A stretch of DNA of 63,946 nucleotides, filler included, from Lenisia limosa (Eukaryota > Protista > Breviatea), in NCBI GenBank assembly GCA_001655205.1. It is 10 parts of 10 records of this genome, joined end to end, with 100 filler letters (N's around TTAATTAATTAA, not from the genome) between each part and the next. Parts side by side here need not be neighbours in the genome. Positions count along the whole stretch, not along the records: positions 61,404 to 62,830 come from LPNZ01001283.1; positions 62,931 to 63,946 come from LPNZ01000633.1; 8 more parts are not named here. The stretch is one strand, 5' to 3'. A model generated the notes under the pieces. The model had not been told where the DNA came from and did no database searches. It saw only the letters and a list, made by a program, of their open reading frames with translations. The translations under genes were made by a program, and so were the position numbers. Position 1 is the stretch's first letter. Each line of letters begins with the position of its first letter. This document shows positions 61,404 to 63,946 of this stretch, piece after piece.

Positions 61404-62260
61404 AGTCAGTACCTTTACGTTTTGTAGGCCTGGTCCGGACATAACAACACGATCATTAACGAAGTGGAAAGAATCACAATGAAGTACCCCGATGTCAAGG
61501 TTGGAGGCTTGGGGCTATTTTTTATTCCATCAGACATCTGACAACACAGCTCTACGCAACAGGACACAGCCTAGGTGGCTCCATTGCCGCCCTCGCTGCT
61601 TCTACTCTTGACCATCTTGGGTTCAATGTTAATGTGCTCACTACTTACGGATGGTGAGACGATTGTGTTGATTATGCTTTATTTCCGCATCTACGTTCTT
61701 TGCTTCAGTTCTCTCACCATCTTTAGTCCTCGTGTTGGAAATGAATTCTTCGCAGATCATATGATCAGTATCACTTCTTCCACCCGTGTTGTCAACTCTG
61801 CTGACATCATCCCTCATCTTGCACCAAAATGTGGGTAGCTCAGCTATATTCCGATACTATCATTCGATTTCCTCTCTTGCTCCTATCATTCATTTGAAGG
61901 TTAATGCAGAAATCTTGATAGTAAGATATATTGGTCACGTATATGTTGCTTACTTCACAGTCACTGGATTTCACCACTTTGCCCAAGAGGTTTGGATCCG
62001 AAGGGAGAAGAGGGAATTTGTCGAACATGTAGGAGGGCATTGATTTTGAGGGGCATTGTGTTGAATATGTCATACTTTCAGATTTTATGTTCTAGATTTG
62101 TGATATGTCTGGAGAGGACCCAACTTGCAGTGACAGCCTTGCGGTTCCTCTCAATATTCTCGATCATTTAAAGTGAGGGGGGTTTTCAAAACTCTGTTGA
62201 GTTGTTCTTTGCTCACCTCTCAGGTATTATGGAGTAACTACAGGTTCTTATGGATGTTAG
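61404..62260 (+). CDS. Class-3 lipase (alpha/beta hydrolase), 5' part missing
   Basis: LYATGHSLGGSIAALAA (GxSxG nucleophile elbow); TTYG|xPRVGNEFFA; RVVNSADIIPHL (catalytic Asp); GFHHFAQEVW; GEDPTCSDS; LDHLK|YYG (catalytic His). Stop at 62258-62260. Confidence 0.9.
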
Positions 62261-62419
62261 TGTGGTGTTAGTGCGGGGTTTCCGTTTGTATCTGTGTAAC
62301 TGTATGGAGGGTGTGGAACCCTTATACTCGTTTCGTATGGTTTAAGCTTAGTATATGTATGACTTATTCCAAGCGTGAATCAGCAAGCTCAATTCAAGAA
62401 TAGTAAATAAATCATCGAT

Positions 62420-62830
62420 CTAAGAAGACATAATAGCCTTTCCGCGAGAGGTACCAATGCGAGAAGCACCCTTAGCAACCATCATCTGGGCGTCCTTCCT
62501 GAGAGAGTAAAATAATGTTGAAATGTTGACAAAGACGGGAAACTAAACCATCATTAGATTTGTCAAAGCCAGCACCCACATGCAAGCCACGCCGCCGGCG
62601 GCCTTGATGCCGTGCTTGACGCCAGTCTCCTTCTCAACCTTGACAAGCTCCTCGTTCATGAGCTCAATGTCACGGGGGCAGGCACCTGCGTGGAATGAAC
62701 ATCTCATGCTCTCAAAGAAGAAAAACAACCCATGGAATAGAACGGCCAGAAAGCCAACCACGAGAGGCGAAGCCAGTAGAGGTCTTGATGATATCAACAC
62801 GAGCCTTGGCGGAGATGTAGGTGCACTTCT
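62420..62830 (-). CDS. DERA: Deoxyribose-phosphate aldolase, C-terminal part
   Basis: ARVDIIKTSTGFAS|RACPRDIELM...GIKAAGGVAC|MKDAQMMVAKGASRIGTSRGKAIMSS*. Contains the Schiff-base Lys motif KTSTG and the second Lys in KAAGG; two GT-AG introns. Confidence 0.9.
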
Positions 62831-63185
62831 NNNNNNNNNNNNNNNNNNNNNNNNNNNNNNNNNNNNNNNNNNNNTTAATTAATTAANNNNNNNNNNNNNN
62901 NNNNNNNNNNNNNNNNNNNNNNNNNNNNNNTCTCCGACAGATCTCCCAAAAAAATAATGGTAAAATCCCCGGGTCTGTGGCCCCCTGGTTTTGATTGTCA
63001 GCTGTTTTGCCATTTCTTCCGAGCCCAATATAATAAACTGAACTATCCGAGTTCCGAGCCCAGCTTGAGATTGCGTTTGGATTGCGTTGTTTGTTTGTTT
63101 GGTGTTTCATGGGTGTTTTTAATAAACAATTTTTTTAGTTAAATAAAAAATACCAATAAAGACATCAAAAAAGGGTCTTGTAAGA

Positions 63186-63946
63186 ATGAATAGTCTCCTG
63201 TGGGCTCTTCTGGCGCTTGCCTGTGTGGCAACAACCACATTTGCAGAGGATCAACCTGCTGTGAAAGCCCCATTCAGTTACCCAGGTTCGCGTCAGATAT
63301 GGTGTTCTACATCTATCTGCATTAATCACAGTATTTTTCGTTTTCTGACGTGTAACAGGACAAATTTCGTATATTGAGCGCATTTCCAACGCTGGAATGC
63401 CATCGGTATGCTGGGGTCTTGCTTGGTGATAGTTTCGGATAGGAAGCAAATGACAAAGAAAACCATATTTTATGATGCTCTAGGGGACGCTGGGTGAGGA
63501 ATTCTACACCCTATCATTATGATAACTTGCAATTTCTTGTGGAGCATGACTTTATGGACATGTTCTTGTGCAATTCCTCAGCTATCAGCTTGTGTGAAAC
63601 AACAAAAGGGAACCAAAAATGGTTCCCTGTAGTTCTGTTCAGTGTATTCGAAGACTCACTCTTCAGATGCTCTATGGGTATTACAACACCTACATTGACG
63701 CTGACGGTGGATTCAAACGCACTAATGGAACGTACTACTACCCTGACCCTGCCAAGTATGAAACGCTTCCCTTCTTCTTTTGAATCTTATATGTGTGTGA
63801 TTGCTGCTAAAGACAGTATAGTGCTCTTAACAGGTTGATTTGTCCTCTTAGTGATCTTTCTCAGGGCATACAATGAGACTGTGATTGAGGACTGCAATAG
63901 ACCCATGCGCTGGGTTGTTTTGGATGAAAAGTTGGGGGGGGGGGGG
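63186..63946 (+). CDS. Secreted protein of unknown function, 3' part outside the window
   Basis: Signal peptide MNSLLWALLALACVATTTFA; spliceable exons GQISYIERISNAGMPS|, MLYGYYNTYIDADGGFKRTNGTYYYPDPAK|, AYNETVIEDCNRPMRW. Confidence 0.6.

Noticed and set aside
62543-62800. Hydrophobic ORF suggesting a membrane transporter
   Set aside because: The hydrophobic part is an intron read through out of frame; the spliced product is DERA.
16093-62930. Nine TTAATTAATTAA palindromes between N-runs
   Set aside because: Identical 100-bp construct each time: an artificial contig joiner. Gene neighbourhoods across it carry no biological meaning.

Overview
Draft-assembly sequence from an AT-rich, intron-rich unicellular eukaryote (GT-AG introns, standard genetic code; the species cannot be identified from this window). 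The window is not one locus: nine artificial 44N-TTAATTAATTAA-44N spacers join ten unrelated scaffolds (1-16092, 16193-18806, 18907-33701, 33802-37580, 37681-39807, 39908-44208, 44309-57613, 57714-61303, 61404-62830, 62931-63946). Genes recognisable by manual splicing: an M14B metallocarboxypeptidase, a large PSI + bacterial-Ig/cadherin-like repeat protein, NCBP2/CBP20, a truncated MRE11, VPS11, a CCDC78-like protein with a degenerate kinesin motor, a DHHC palmitoyltransferase, a class-3 lipase and a deoxyribose-phosphate aldolase. The most unusual region is 27.2-31.3 kb. There, a decayed, intron-containing tyrosine recombinase lies next to a head-to-head CBP20/MRE11 fragment whose five introns are only 21-26 nt long, and two of them end in TG rather than AG. 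A 100-bp hAT-type MITE family (Ac-like ends, 8-bp TSD) is scattered over several scaffolds. All identifications come from motif recognition by eye, not from database searches.
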